Source of the DNA: Octopus vulgaris
Taxonomy: Eukaryota
Length of the DNA stretch: 64,000 bases
Direction: 5' to 3'
NCBI GenBank assembly: GCA_951406725.2
Contig: OX597816.1
Location: 77,252,001 to 77,316,000 of the forward strand
The notes beneath the pieces were generated by a model. It had not been told where the DNA came from. It saw only the letters and a program-made list of their open reading frames with translations, and did not search any database. Shown in pieces: positions 49,602 to 64,000 of this stretch. Numbering within the stretch: position 1 is the stretch's first letter; each line of letters opens with the position of its first letter. The position numbers and the translations under genes were made by a program.

Positions 49602-51064
49602 TACAGGATGTCATAAAATAGGCCGTTGATGGAATTCACTTTATATGTATGTATGTCCGTATGTATGTCTGTATGTATGTATGGATGTATGTATGGATGT
49701 GCGTGCGTATGTATGTATGTATGCATGTATGTATGTATGTATGTATGTATGTATGTATGTATGTATGTGTGTATGCATCAACGGATATTTTAAAGTTATT
49801 GACGGATAATTTTCAGAAATCTATGGGTGTGGTTATTAATAAGATAGAGATTGGTCACTCTTCTCTTCTTAAAAAATAAATTTCGTATATAACCTTACAC
49901 ACGCACACACAGTCACATGCACACATACATACACACATAATGTATTTTGGTTGCATCATTTGGCCAGTAAATACACACGCATTGGTTCTAGTTCACTTCT
50001 ATTTAGTATTATTAGTCAACTAGTTAGATAGTTAACCCCTTGTGGGCAATAAAGAAATAAGAAAATCATGGAACAACAGAATCGTTCCGCCACTGTTGTT
50101 TTGACGCGCGCCGGGCACACTGCCAATAAAATTGTTGAGTTGACGAAACTTCCGAAAGCAAAGGTTTGTCGTGTGTATAAACAATTTAAAGAAGAGGGAA
50201 AGGTTGATAGAAAAAAACACAAGACCCGAAGTGTTTCCAAACGCAATCCAAAGTTTCTCGCTGGCTTCAAACGCTCGATCTAAGCCAACCCGTTCACATC
50301 CATAGCAACTCTTGCAACGAAACGCAATGTGTCCCTTTCCACGGTGTCCGGAGCTGTGAACAGAAACCTTGGGATGATTAACTATGTTCGACGACGACGT
50401 TACCTCCTAACAACCAAGGCCAAAGCAATCAGAGCCGAGAGATGCCCAAAACTTCTGTCACTCATCAAGCACCAAGTTGCAGGAAAAACTCTCGTATTTG
50501 TGAACGAGAAGTTCACTATGGACGCTAAGGTGAATCGCAGAAATTCTCGAGCCATAGCATACAACTGTGTTTGAAACTAAGAATCCTACCTCTGTGATGG
50601 TATTTGGAGCCGTGGCGAGTGATGGAAATGCCATGGATCCACACTTCATTGAGTCTGGCTTGAAAATCGGCACAAAGGAGTATCTGGACATCCTGAAGAA
50701 CTCTCTGTTACCTTTGATGGAGCAGAAGTTTGGGCTTAACAATGTGATACTTATCCAGGAATCTGCACCATGCTATGGGTCAAAAGCAACACAAGCCTCC
50801 CTTGGTGAGAAGGTGTTAGTGAGGGCCAATATCTGGCCCAGAAATAGCCCAGATCTCAACATTCTCGATTACTTTTTATGGGTCGTACTTCAAGCAAGGA
50901 GCAACGTTTCACCACATTCGACTGTCAACAGTTTGAAGACCTGCATCGAGCATGCGACACGCAAAATCAAAAGTGAGGAGGTTGCGGCAACTGGAAAAAA
51001 CTTCATCCTCGTGAGGAGGCAGTAATTCCCCCAAAGGGCGGCCATACTGAGTGATAAATGTTTT

Positions 51065-51065
<1 letters not shown>
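49602..51065 (+). mobile_element. Decayed DD37D (maT)-type Tc1/mariner transposon
   Basis: HTH N-terminus at 50068; FVNEKF, NRRNSR, VMVFGAVASDG, IQESAPCY, WPRNSPDLNILDYFLW. Candidate left end TA-CAGGATGTCATAAAATAG. Confidence 0.8.
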
Positions 51066-51134
<69 letters not shown>

Positions 51135-51136
<2 letters not shown>

Positions 51137-51288
51137 GACTGGCTTCTTTCGATTTCCGTCTATCAAATTCACACACAATGCTTTGGTCAACCCGAGGCTA
51201 TAGTAGAAGATATTTGCCCCAGGTGCCACGCAGTGGGACTGAACCCGGAACCATGTGGTTGGGAAGCAAGCTTCTTACCACACAGCCA
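51135..51288 (-). mobile_element. Family-B SINE 5' half
   Basis: Reverse complement of TGGCTGTGTGGTAAGAAGCTTGCTTCCCAACCACATGGTTCCGGGTTCAGTCCC. Confidence 0.85.
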
Positions 51289-53004
51289 TATATATATATA
51301 TATATTTCTGCTGTAAGATTCAGTGGAGTCACAGTCAAATGCCTGAATAACATCCTATAGTTTCATCGGAGCCTCGAATATGAAGTGCAATTTATTTGGG
51401 GAAAAAATTAAGAATTACATTTGTGCAATATGTAGGGAAGGCATTACCAGTGAGAAAGTCATTAGTGATGTATAAAAAGAAAGTATGTCTAAAAGACAAT
51501 TACATTTACAAGTAGAAAAAGCAGAAAAGAATAAGAAAAAATATGTATATATACACATGTGAAAGTACGCGAAAAATCGCACGCAGACACACAGTCATAC
51601 ACACAGCGCAGAGATACACATGCATACTCACATATCTACTCACACACTCACACACTCACACACAGACGCAAATATATCATTGTGTGAATATATATATATA
51701 TTGTGTACGTGTGTGTGTGTGTGTGTGTGTACGTTTACATATATAGACATACACAAATGCACGTATGAAATACATATCCACAGACATACATATACACACT
51801 AGATAAGCGCACAGAGAAAAAGAAAAGAGAAAATAGATGGAGACAGACAGAGATCGAAACATACACTCTCAACTCTATTCATAGGTATATGCATACATAC
51901 ATACATACATACATACATACATACACCTCCCCCCAAAAAAACACACCACATTCGTATGCATTATAGATATATACACACGCATACACACACACACACACAT
52001 ACATACGCAGACGGAGACGTGCAGAGAGAAAAACACTTATAGAGACACGAGTAGATCTGTACGCACTGAGATACAGATTAGTGAAAGGAGGAGAAGGAGA
52101 ACAAGAGTGTGTAACGACATTAAGATTATTTAGGAGACGAAGGAAAATTTTAGAACATTTGGACGAGGCGATGATCAGCGTGTGTGTTTGCGCGCGCGCG
52201 TCTGTGTGCGCCTCCACGTACTGATAAAGGGAATTTGAGGAAGTGAAAAGATAGTGTGGCAAAAAAGGATGATAGTGATGTGCTCTTCCTGATAAAGGAG
52301 GACCTCTAGTGATAAACGAAGAACCCCACCATTCAACATCGCCCTGGACATCAAAGGCAAGTGCTTTTTCCTTTTCTTCGACTCATAGGTCAATACTTAG
52401 AGGGGTGTCATCTACTCCTGCCATTTTGGCAACTTTCAACCTATCTTTCAATAAACTCACTGGAGGACAGAACCTCCCACTGTATCCTCATTTTTCTTTT
52501 CAAGTAAAAACAGCTTTACCGGCCAGATTAAAGGAGGGCGGCGAAGCAATCATCACTATGGACTCGACCAGTGGATGGATCTGTCCTACACGCGACAGCC
52601 CATAAGTCAGCAATACTCAGATACTAAACGAGTGCATGCAAAACGGTTTCGTCGCTCTGCACGCATCTCGACCATGCCCATCAGACAGCACATCCATGCC
52701 TGTGGAGTTTATCTCGAACCGGTAGTACCCCTCGGTAGTACTGTCAGGCCAAGGACTTCTGGAAATTATGCATGGCAGCCCCCGACCGGAAAGTCCTCCG
52801 GAACAGACTAGCCAGTTCGTTATCATGGATGCCCAGAGTCTCCCTGAGTATGTCGTCATACTTCCTCTCCACTAATCCTCTATATATATATATATATTGC
52901 TAGACTGGAACATCCACCGATCTCATTGCTCGATTAATAAAGGACTGTAAGCACCTGACGACATTCTAGGTGCCAGGTGCCCAGTTTCGCCCTTTCATTC
53001 ATCC

Positions 53005-53420
53005 ATGACTACAGCTCCGCAAAGGAAACGTGTTGCAGAAAGACGATCCACACACATTCGCCGATGATCCAACACAGCATTGAATGCACTGGGAATAGAA
53101 CCAAATGATATTGAGGACGAATCCATAGAAAGAAACAGTGTAGAAATAAATAATGCGAAAGATGCAATTATTCGTGAGCAAAGCAAAATCAAATACTCAG
53201 ATAAGCAAGCCAGTAAGAACCTTCTAAAAATTCGAAGCTTCCATAAGTATAAAGACTTATCAAAATAAAGATGCGGCCTTGAAGTCATTGCTAAACGAAA
53301 TCGATTATGACATAACAAATATAAATCAGGCTTTCTATGCCACAGCATTCGCAACATATAAAAGATTAGGAAACAAGATTAAGAAAAGTTGCAAGCACGA
53401 TAGTAAAGAAATGTCTAAGA
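53005..53420 (+). mobile_element. Possible decayed N-terminal region of an R4-clade retrotransposon ORF
   Basis: NINQAFYATAFATYKRLGNKI motif; broken by stops. Confidence 0.3.
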
Positions 53421-53661
53421 ACTGGTGTGAACACCTTCCCCAACCACTCCCTGAGATTGGCCACACTGCCATTCTCTAGGATTTTACAATTCGTACCATC
53501 AAAGCAAATCGCCCATATTGGATAAATTATTATTAATGAAAAATATTATATTTTCATAACAGACAATTTACCAATGGGTTTCATACAGGGAGTTGATGAT
53601 AGCCAGGGTTTTCTCAACTCCCGACGTGAGCCGATTGCTATTATGATAATATCAATATATT

Positions 53662-53810
<149 letters not shown>

Positions 53811-54308
53811 GATATATACATAATACGCTACGTGTTTTTGTACATATATATATATTTTGTGAGTAACACTTTAGCGTTTGAGGCTGCTGAGTTTGTTCCA
53901 GTTTGTAAGATTTACTTTCTAAATCATTCATTATGAGCTGGAGTAGTTCTGTTCATTTTTTTTTTTCTTTTGCATTTATCTCAAAACGCATAATGAGACA
54001 GTGTGAAGTTTTTTGTTTTTTTTTAATTATCCAACAGCATTTGTACTTCCTTGCTTTACCAGCGTTTCTACTTAAGTTGTTGCTTGTCTTTCGTATTCGA
54101 AGGTTCATTCCACTTTTTAATGCTTAACTAAACTAATATAATAAAATACGTGTTTCGCATCGGTCATGCTGGCAGTGGAAAACTAAAACAACAAACGGAG
54201 TGAAAGTGTGGGGCAATCAGAGATGCTAAAACAGACGAAATGTTGTGAGAAGTTTTACTCAGAAGTCATTGCGCAGATTTTTATAGTAAAAGATATTTAC
54301 TTTAACAA

Positions 54309-54386
<78 letters not shown>

Positions 54387-54459
54387 GAAATTACATATTC
54401 TTTTCTACTCAAGGCCTAAAATTTAACAACTGAAATTTAAAAAAATAAAAGGTTTTATG

Positions 54460-54810
54460 AGTGTCTGTGTGGTAAAAAGTTTGCTTCACAGCCACATGGT
54501 TCCGGGTTCGGTCCCACTTCGTGGCATCTTGAGCAAGTGTCTTCTTCTATAGCCTTGGGCTGACCAAAGCCTTGTTAGTGGCTCTGGTAGACGGAAACTG
54601 AAAGAAGCCCGTCGTATATATATATATATATATATATATACGACGGGCTTCTTTACCCTCCCAGGCACAAGTCTGGCAAGGTTGTTTATGGAAGATTAGC
54701 AGTCGCCCATGCATACCGGCCTCCCCTCTCCACACCACCAGTGTTATCCAAGGGAAAGGCAAAGGGGCCGATACAGCTTGGCAACTCATTTCAACAGTTG
54801 AGTGAACTGG
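54460..54810. mobile_element. Family-B SINE head (+) joined to a family-E SINE part (-)
   Basis: Similarity to other copies. GAAGCCCGTCG(TA)nCGACGGGCTTC forms a local palindrome. Confidence 0.75.
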
Positions 54811-54927
54811 AGAATAGATAAATGTCCAAACCTTAACGTGATGTAAACATCATTGACAATATTCGTTTCTGTGATTTCTAAATATTTTTGGAGCCCTTAC
54901 TTTCGAGATTGCCCTTATATATATATG

Positions 54928-54978
<51 letters not shown>

Positions 54979-55005
54979 GCATGTATGTATGTATGTATGT
55001 ATGTA

Positions 55006-55834
55006 CGAGGGGGTACCCAAAAGAAACCGGAATTTTACAATATTTATTCTCTTAGTTTTACACATTTACACTTTCATCGCCTTCAAAGTATCTTCCATTT
55101 GAAGCAATTCATTAGTCCAGGTGCGTTTTCCACTTTTTGAAACAGTGTTGCAACTCTTGTGAAGTGATGCCTTTTAACGCCTCCGTCGTTTTTTTCGTAA
55201 CCAGTGATGACGTTCGAAAAAAAGGTCCAGATCAACTTCCATCTGTTCTTTTAGTTCACGACACGCATTCAGTCGTGACTGCTTTTGATCTTCCGTGAGC
55301 AAGTGAGAGATAAGTTTTGTTTCAACTCTTTTCATTCGCAATTCCTTGCACAAAATTCGTTGGCAAGGAGCTCCAGGACACACCAGTCATATCAACAAGT
55401 TCGTCAATTGTTTAGTGACGGTCCTCCAAAATCAATTCATGAATTTCCATAATGTTTTCATTCGTTCGGGAGGTCGACGGTCGTACTGAACGAGATTGGT
55501 CCTCAAGCGACAAGTGACCGTTCCCAAAAGCGTGGAAACCACTCGTAAACTTGTGTAAGCTGTTTGAAGCATAGCAACTGTTTCGGCCGCCGTTTTCTCC
55601 AGCAGAAAACAGAATTTCACAGAAGCACGCTGCTCCTTCTTTTCAGCCATCGCAAAAATCGACCAACAGGGGAGAAGCACAGCAAAATAAAGATGCATCA
55701 CGTGATAGTATGATCTCACCCGACGAAGCTGGTTGGCAGACTGATACCAGAGGGTTGGTTCAAGTAGTTTCTAGCAGTGGAAGCCTAAACCACAACAGGT
55801 TTGTCCCACAGAGAACATTTCCGGTTATACCACG
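55006..55834 (-). mobile_element. Internally deleted mariner (third family)
   Basis: TA-CGAGGGGGTACCCAAAAGAAACCGGAA end; minus-strand EQRASVKFCFLLEKTAAET and LLTEDQKQSRL. Confidence 0.75.
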
Positions 55835-55858
55835 TATATATATACGTATATATATATA

Positions 55859-56432
55859 TTGGGTTGTCCGGAAAGTTCGTGCCAATTTATAGTAGCTTAC
55901 CTTTCGACTTATTTTAGAACATGGTTGAGTCCATCAAATAGGATTTGACTACACCTCCATTTAGAGCACAGTTTAAGCTATCTTTTCGTGGAAGAAGGTT
56001 TATGTTCCTATAACCTGTGTTAATTCTGTAACCCTTTAAAATGGAAGATAAGAAATTTCATTTTCGGCCCTTGATACTTTTCTTTTTCCGTAAAGGGAAA
56101 AATGCCTCACAAGCAACCAAAGAAATATGCGCAGTTTACGGTGATGTTTCTTTATCCGAAAGAACTGTACGGAAATGGTTCGCAAGATTCCAAGCTGGAG
56201 ATTGTAGCCTTATTGATAAAGAGCGATCAGGCAGGCCATCCACTACAGATGATGACCAAATCAAATCATTAATTGAGAATAACCCACATTGCACAACTCG
56301 AGAATTGGCAGAAAGCCTCAACCTATCAAAATCCGTCGTCCATGAGCACCTGGTAAAGCTTGGGTAATGGCAAGCATTTATTGACCTTTATTTTTCCTTT
56401 AAAAATCGGCACGAACTTTCCGGACAACCCAG
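55859..56432 (+). mobile_element. Internally deleted mariner with both TIRs and TA TSD; keeps only the N-terminal HTH ORF (56041-56367)
   Basis: TIR TTGGGTTGTCCGGAAAGTTCGTGCC / GGCACGAACTTTCCGGACAACCCA; RKWFARF...RSGRP motifs. Confidence 0.92.
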
Positions 56433-56781
56433 TACATATATGGATGATAAAAGTTTCAACCGTAACTGAATTTTCAAGCAGCTCAGTTCTGTCTATGTAC
56501 ATACATACATAATATAATCATTCGATTGCTGGCATTTATCAATGGTTTTACCCTTTGTTTTCATGCGTCATTTTCTATCATTGATAAGACTGTTGTCATC
56601 TTTGACGACACGGGTGTGCTAGTATTATGGTATTTTATAAATAATAATATACCCACTCCGTAAACCAATAAATAAGAGAGTCTTTTTTTTTCTGGTCCGT
56701 GAATTTATTTTAAACAGCTGTATATATATAAATATGTGTGTGTGTATACCCACATGTATATGTACGTATATACATATACAC

Positions 56782-56829
<48 letters not shown>

Positions 56830-56875
56830 GTTTATGTACACACACACACACACATATATATATATATGTTTATGT

Positions 56876-56938
<63 letters not shown>

Positions 56939-57484
56939 TTACCTACATACATGCAGCATACGTATTACAATAACATATATACGTATTATATTTACTTGTA
57001 TAGAACACCTGAAGGCGATCGAATCACTGAAATTTAAGCACTTTTAATTGGAACGTGTTTCAACGTTACCTAAAACTCTGTCTTAAACCACCATCCAAAC
57101 CACCATCCTAAACTACTAATGCATAAATTTTCACAGAATACCTATTAACACTCACCACTATATACACTTTCTCTAAGCTTACAAAACAGGAATTCGAGTG
57201 CCATTAGAAATACCACCCGGTTTGGGATTCATTCAAGCGTCAATAGTCACTGAAACTTACTCGACAATTGTGACATTGTTTCAAATAAATTTACTGTGGT
57301 TTCATTTTTCTTTTTCTTTTAACAATCATTTGCAGCTACTTTAGAGTAAGGCACGTAAGTGATTTTCTGTTTTCCTCAGTTTTACCTTGAAATTTAAAAA
57401 AAAAACAATGTTTTTGGGGGAGTTTTTTTCCATATAATTATTCGTTCTTCTAGCCAAGTATTTCATAATAATCCTTTTTCTTTT

Positions 57485-57930
57485 TTCACTGTAAGCACAA
57501 GGCCTGAAATTTATTGGGAGGGGTCTACTTGATTACATCAACCCCAGTGCTCAACTGGTACTTATTTTAACAACCCCAAAAACGATAAAAGGCAAAGTCG
57601 ACCTCGGTGAAATTTGAACTCAGAACGTAAAGACGCACGAAATGCCGCTAAGCATTTTGTCTGATACGCTAACTATCCTGCCAGCTCACCGTCTTACTGC
57701 TAATAATAATAATATTGGTTTCAAATTTTGGCACAAGGCCAGTAATTTCGGGGGAGTGAGCAAGTCGATTACATAGACCCCAGTACTCAACTTATTTTTT
57801 CGACCCCGAAAGGAAAGGATGGAAAGCAAAGTCGACCTCGACATAATTTGAACTCACAACGTAAACACAGACGAACTGCTGCTGAGCGGCGTTTTGCCCG
57901 GTATGCTAACGATTCTGCCAGCTTGTCGCC

Positions 57931-57931
<1 letters not shown>
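57485..57931 (-). mobile_element. Two tandem family-A SINEs
   Basis: Reverse complements of the family-A head and central domain. Confidence 0.8.
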
Positions 57932-57995
<64 letters not shown>

Positions 57996-58554
57996 TGGAA
58001 GCTATGCCAACATTATGGAATAACAACAGAAAAAAGATGGTATAGGCACACACCAGAAAAGGTCACAGAAAACGAGAAAGCAACCATACTCTGGGATATG
58101 CCGATACACACAGATAGAGAAATTAAGACCAACAGACCAGATATAGTTGTCAGAGACCATGAAGGAAAAAAATGCTTTCTAATTGATGTATCAGTACCGG
58201 CAGATGACAACGTATCTCTAAAAGAAATGGAGAAACTCTCAAAATACAAAGACCTGGAAATAGAGGTAACTAGAATGTGGAATCTGAAAACAGAAACAAT
58301 TCCTATCATAGTAGGTGCATTAGGCATGATAAAAAAATATTCAGACAAATACATAACAAAAACACCAGGACTTACAAACACATATAACATACAGAAAATT
58401 GCACTACTAGGCACTGCACACATCCTACGCAGAACACTTTCCATACAATAACCATCAGAGCATCACAACAAATCACAGCACATACCCAAGGCACACAGAG
58501 CTGTGCTCGGTAGTGAAGTGAAAGCACGCTATAAAAATAAAAATAAAACTACTG
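57996..58554 (+). mobile_element. 5'-truncated R4-clade (Dong-like) retrotransposon: RLE domain and 3'UTR inserted in (TAA)n
   Basis: ILWD..I.TD...NRPDIV...LIDVSVP...EKLSKYKDL...PIIVGALG...QKIALLGTAHILRR. (TAA)n on both sides. Confidence 0.9.
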
Positions 58555-58763
58555 AATAATAATAATAATAATACATACATACATACATACATACATACAT
58601 ACATACATACATACATACATACATACATGCATACATACATACACACAGGCTGATATACGTATATACATGTATATACATTCTTACATAGAGAGAGAGAGGA
58701 GAGAGAGACACACACACACATACACACACAGAACGGAGCGGACCGACAGTCAGGCAGGCAGGC

Positions 58764-58803
<40 letters not shown>

Positions 58804-58809
58804 GCCTTA

Positions 58810-58867
<58 letters not shown>

Positions 58868-59546
58868 ATAATAATGTTTGTTTTCCTTGTTTTCATAGTG
58901 ATTGCTATGGTAACTTTATATCCATCGGATATTTCACTTGAAGTTTGCAATGGAATAAAAGAATTAAAAAAGAACATTAAACTGTAGATATAAACCAGTG
59001 TTGAACTGCACAATACGTACAGAAAAAGGAAGGATTACGGGTAAGTAAACATACTTATTTTCTCTTTACACAGTCAACGACCGAGTAGTGCTACCAGTCT
59101 GATCCATGACTGTTTCACTTTATCGGTGAATATTTCAGTCGTGTATGCGCTTCTCAGATCATATCTATTCAAAACAATGCCTCTTTACCAAGTACATTTT
59201 TTTTTTCTCTCGCTTATTTTGTCACTATTCTGATCAATTTCATAGCGATAACGAGAACCAAAAAAATATTTGGTCCAAACATTAATAGAAAGAAATCCAC
59301 GCATCGTATACAGATATGAGCATGACTTCGTACATTTGTGTCTACTTAGCACAATACTAAATTACACTCACTTGCATACATACATACATACATACATACA
59401 TACATACATGCATACATACATACACACAGGCTGATATACGTATATACATGTATATACATTCTTACATAGAGAGAGAGAGGAGAGAGAGACACACACACAC
59501 ATACACACACAAACGGACGGACCGACAGTCAGGCAGGCAGGCAGGC

Positions 59547-60136
<590 letters not shown>

Positions 60137-61123
60137 TGTCTTTAATATGCCTCCGGTGCTGGGTCTCTGGTTCAGAAGTTCCAGGAGTTTTGAGAAGTGT
60201 GGTACCACCTCTTGGCCATTAGCATTCCTAGGTCTACACCAACCCAGAGTAGTGACAACTTTTAAGGTCCCAGTTATGGGTTAACTAACATACAAGCACC
60301 GGAACGTAGAAATATTCTGGTTGGTGTCCGAATGCGCAGTAAGCTTCTAGGAGAAAGCCAACTCATGTATAAAATCCGCTGCTTCATTTAGCCGGATATT
60401 TTGCACCTAGCTTGTTCCTGGGTTCCCTGGAATTGCCAGTGAGAGGTGTCGTAGTGTTGTGCAAGCGGCCCACGAGTATTGATTGCTGACACTACCTGTC
60501 ACCGATCATGTTCGTCTAGCGAGTAGACAGCTATCAACACACACACACAACCGATGCATCTATCTGTTGGGGAGCAACAAGTAAGGTAACATTTAAGTTT
60601 ACTTAAATTTTCGTACATTTATCGTAGAACGATACGTAAATGCCACGGCTCATCTCTGCTTCTCCCTTACCACGAATTGGGACTCGTTATTTTATCTATT
60701 TTCCTTATCATAGATATATATGTTGACAAATATATCAAGAGGGAGAGATAATAAATAATTACACACGTGCATACATACTTATATGAATAATTACACACAT
60801 GCATACATACTTATATGAAAAAGATATATATACGCAGGAGTGGCTTGTAAGTAGCTTGTTTACCAACCACATAGGCGCAGGAGTAGCTGTGTGGTAAGTA
60901 GCTTCCTTACCAACCACATGGTTCCGGGTTCAGTCCCACTGCGTGATACCTTGGGCAAGTGTCTTCTACTATAGCCTCGGGATCTTTTCAATTTGATAGC
61001 CAGATTTTTTAATTAACATTTTTTTAACTAAACACTTTGAAACTTCGGATACTGGTAGAATATGTCACATAGAACAGTGTTTACTCGTAGCGTTTTTGGC
61101 CCAATTTTGTATTTTAGAAGTTA

Positions 61124-61693
61124 TTTACTAGTGCAAGAACAACAATTTAATATAAGAATTACCACTTTGTTCACATTACCACCATGTATGTATCAATTAC
61201 TTTCGCATCCTAACCGATGCATCTATCTGTATTCGCACTCTGAACATATTTACTTAAACCAGTAAATCGAAACGATCGTAAATGCCACCCTCATCTCTGC
61301 TTCTCCCTTACCACGAATTTCCCATTGTTATTTTATCTATTTTCTTCTCATAGATATATATGTTGACAAATATTTCGGTTACAAAATTAACTGATCACAA
61401 CGTTTTCCTTCCTCCAGTTGTACAGGGATTATGTGCCGCCAACCATTTAAGTCTGACAAGTCGCTTATACGACTAAGCGATTTAGAGGTGCTAAACCAAT
61501 GGTCACTCTCTGACCGGCCATCACAAGAGCAACTTATTTATACTATTGTTCTAATATTTTAGAGTATTCATTCTTTTTTCTCGGATATATGAATCTATAT
61601 CGGTTAGGATGCGAAAATAATTGATACATATGTGGTGATAATGTAAACAAAGTGGTAATTCTTACATTAAATTTTTGTTCTTGCACTGGTAAA
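61124..61693. mobile_element. Foldback element with ~95-bp inverted arms (61124-61218 / 61599-61693); internal part duplicated at 60549-60737
   Basis: AAGAATTACCACTTTGTT...TTTCGCATCCTAACCGAT vs ATCGGTTAGGATGCGAAA...AACAAAGTGGTAATTCTT. Confidence 0.8.
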
Positions 61694-61739
61694 GACGCTG
61701 AGTAGAGGTTTGCTTGCAGTAGATATATATATATATCTT

Positions 61740-61983
61740 TACTTCTTTTATTCTTTTACTTGCTTCAGTCATATGACTGTGGCCATGCTGGAGCATTGCC
61801 TTTAGTCGAACAAATCGACCCCAGGACTTATTCTTTGTAAGCCTAGTACTTATTCTATCAGTCACGTTTTGCCGAACCGCTAGGTTACGGGGATGTAAAC
61901 ACACCAACACCGATTGTCAAGCGATGGTGGTGGAACAAACACAGACACACAAACATACACACACACGCGCGCACACACGTGTA

Positions 61984-62067
<84 letters not shown>

Positions 62068-62184
62068 CACGGGTTTCTTTCAGTTTCTTTCTACCAAATC
62101 CACTCACAAGCTTAGGTCGGCCCGACGTTATAGTAGAAGACACTTGCCTAAGGTGCCACGCAATGGGACTGAGCCCGGAACCAT

Positions 62185-62187
<3 letters not shown>
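61740..62187 (-). mobile_element. Family-B SINE with internal (TA)n expansion
   Basis: Matches 59655-60058. Confidence 0.85.
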
Positions 62188-62237
<50 letters not shown>

Positions 62238-62288
62238 CACATACATATATATATTTATATATGTCTAAATATAAGTATACTTATGCAG

Positions 62289-62320
<32 letters not shown>

Positions 62321-62397
62321 AAACAAGTCAAAATAGAAAATACTAAAATAATTTTATAAAGAACATTTCATATATCAACTCGTGTGTTCCTTTTCAC

Positions 62398-62460
<63 letters not shown>

Positions 62461-63003
62461 CTAATTCTTAAGCACACACGCACATATGTATGTGTAAGCC
62501 TGTATGTGTGTGTATGTGTATGTATATGTAGATACGCATTTTGTGTGTGCGCGTGTGTGTGTGTATTAAATAAATATCTCTCACTAAGCTTTCTTTAATT
62601 CTCAAATTCGTCCTAATATAAAATTACTTGCAGCTGAACATAGTTTTGTGTTTGGGACATAATTTTGTGTTTGGGAATTATGAAACAAGGTTAACGAGGG
62701 ATATTTATTCAATGATAATTCCTTACAGATTTTTATTTCGTATTTTTGTCTCTATAGAATCTTTCCTATATCAGTCAGTCGTGGAAATCCGTTTCGATTT
62801 TATGGTAGATTGGACATATAATAAAAAAAATCTGTGGAAAGATATGTGTGTACATGTTCATATATATTTGCATGCGAGGATATAATCATTCACTCACAAT
62901 TTTAAAATTGGACTTTGCATTGCATCGATAAAAATGTGTTATATAAGTGTATGCATGCATTCATGTCTATTTATGTATCTTTGAACATATAGATATAACT
63001 GTC

Positions 63004-63337
63004 GTGGAGGCGCAATGGCCCAGTGGTTAGGGCAGCAAACACGTGGTCGTAAGATCGTGGTTTCGATTCCCAGACCGGGCCTTGCGGGTTTTTATTGAGC
63101 GAAAACACCTAAAGCTCCACGATGTTCCAGCAGATTGGGGTGGCGAACCCTGTTGTACTTTCACCACAAGTTTCATTCTTTCTTCCTGTTTCTGTTGTAC
63201 CTGTACCTCAAAGGGCCAGCCTTGTCACACTCTGTGTCACGCTGAATCTCCCTGAGAACTATGTTAAGGGTACACGCGTCTGTGGCGTGCCCAACCACTT
63301 GCACGTTAATTTCACGAGCAGGCTGTTGCGTTGATCA
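63004..63337 (+). mobile_element. SINE head type 1 with tail X
   Basis: Collinear with the reverse complement of 2221-2583. Confidence 0.9.
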
Positions 63338-63413
63338 ATTGTACATGTATACCAGCCACGCAGGTATACATGTACAATTGAGCTCTCGTATAGAAATATA
63401 TCTACATATACAA

Positions 63414-63472
<59 letters not shown>

Positions 63473-63652
63473 TATGTATATACGTATGTCATTATGCATG
63501 TTATTATATATATATGCGTGTGTACATAAGTGTACATATTTATATGATAGAAAAATAAGCTGGTAAATAGTTTTATATACATTTATATACACACACACAT
63601 ATATATATATATATACAGACAAATGTATATACCCATTACATGCATCTATTCA

Positions 63653-63709
<57 letters not shown>

Positions 63710-63763
63710 CAAATATGTATATGCATAAGTACATAATACATGCATATATATCTGTGTGTGTTT

Positions 63764-63941
63764 GTGTATGTATGTGTGTATGTATGTATGTATGTATGTA
63801 TGTATGTATGTATGTATGTATGTATGTATGTATGTATGTATGTATGTATGTATGTATGTATGTATGTATGTATGTATGTATGTATGTATGTATGTATGTA
63901 TGTATGTATGTATGTATGTATGTATGTATGTATGTATGTAT
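63764..63941 (+). repeat. (TATG)n microsatellite
   Basis: Direct reading of the sequence. Confidence 0.95.
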
Positions 63942-64000
63942 ACAGCTAATCCGCGTTTCTATGCAGGCGTGGATACATATTTTGGCCTATATAATTTTAT

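Noticed and set aside
58899-59040. Exon-like segment with good acceptor (TTTCATAG) and donor (GG|GTAAGT)
   Set aside because: Stops occur in all three frames and no partner exons were found. It could be a non-coding exon, but this is unsupported.

Overview
AT-rich, microsatellite-dense eukaryotic DNA. The repeat landscape of tRNA-derived SINEs and RTE, CR1, R4/Dong, Penelope and Tc1/mariner relics looks like an octopus (cephalopod) genome; this is an inference from repeat content. Most ORFs in the supplied track are microsatellite or antisense artefacts. The main host feature is missing from that track as a complete protein: a three-exon minus-strand gene (ATG at 17502-17500, exon 12432-12242, exon 8767-8683). 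It has a TATA box, Inr, canonical GT/AG sites in matching phases and a polyA signal. It encodes a 92-aa secreted precursor with a signal peptide, an 8-cysteine domain and an acidic tail with a KR site, which I cannot assign to a known family. The rest is decayed and nested transposons. Notable among them are several degenerate hammerhead-ribozyme motifs beside Penelope fragments or inside foldback elements, an RTE LINE with a ~65-bp target-site duplication, an ~810-bp palindromic MITE with internal (TTAGGG)-like repeats, and a TIR element carrying a 70-bp hairpin tandem array.
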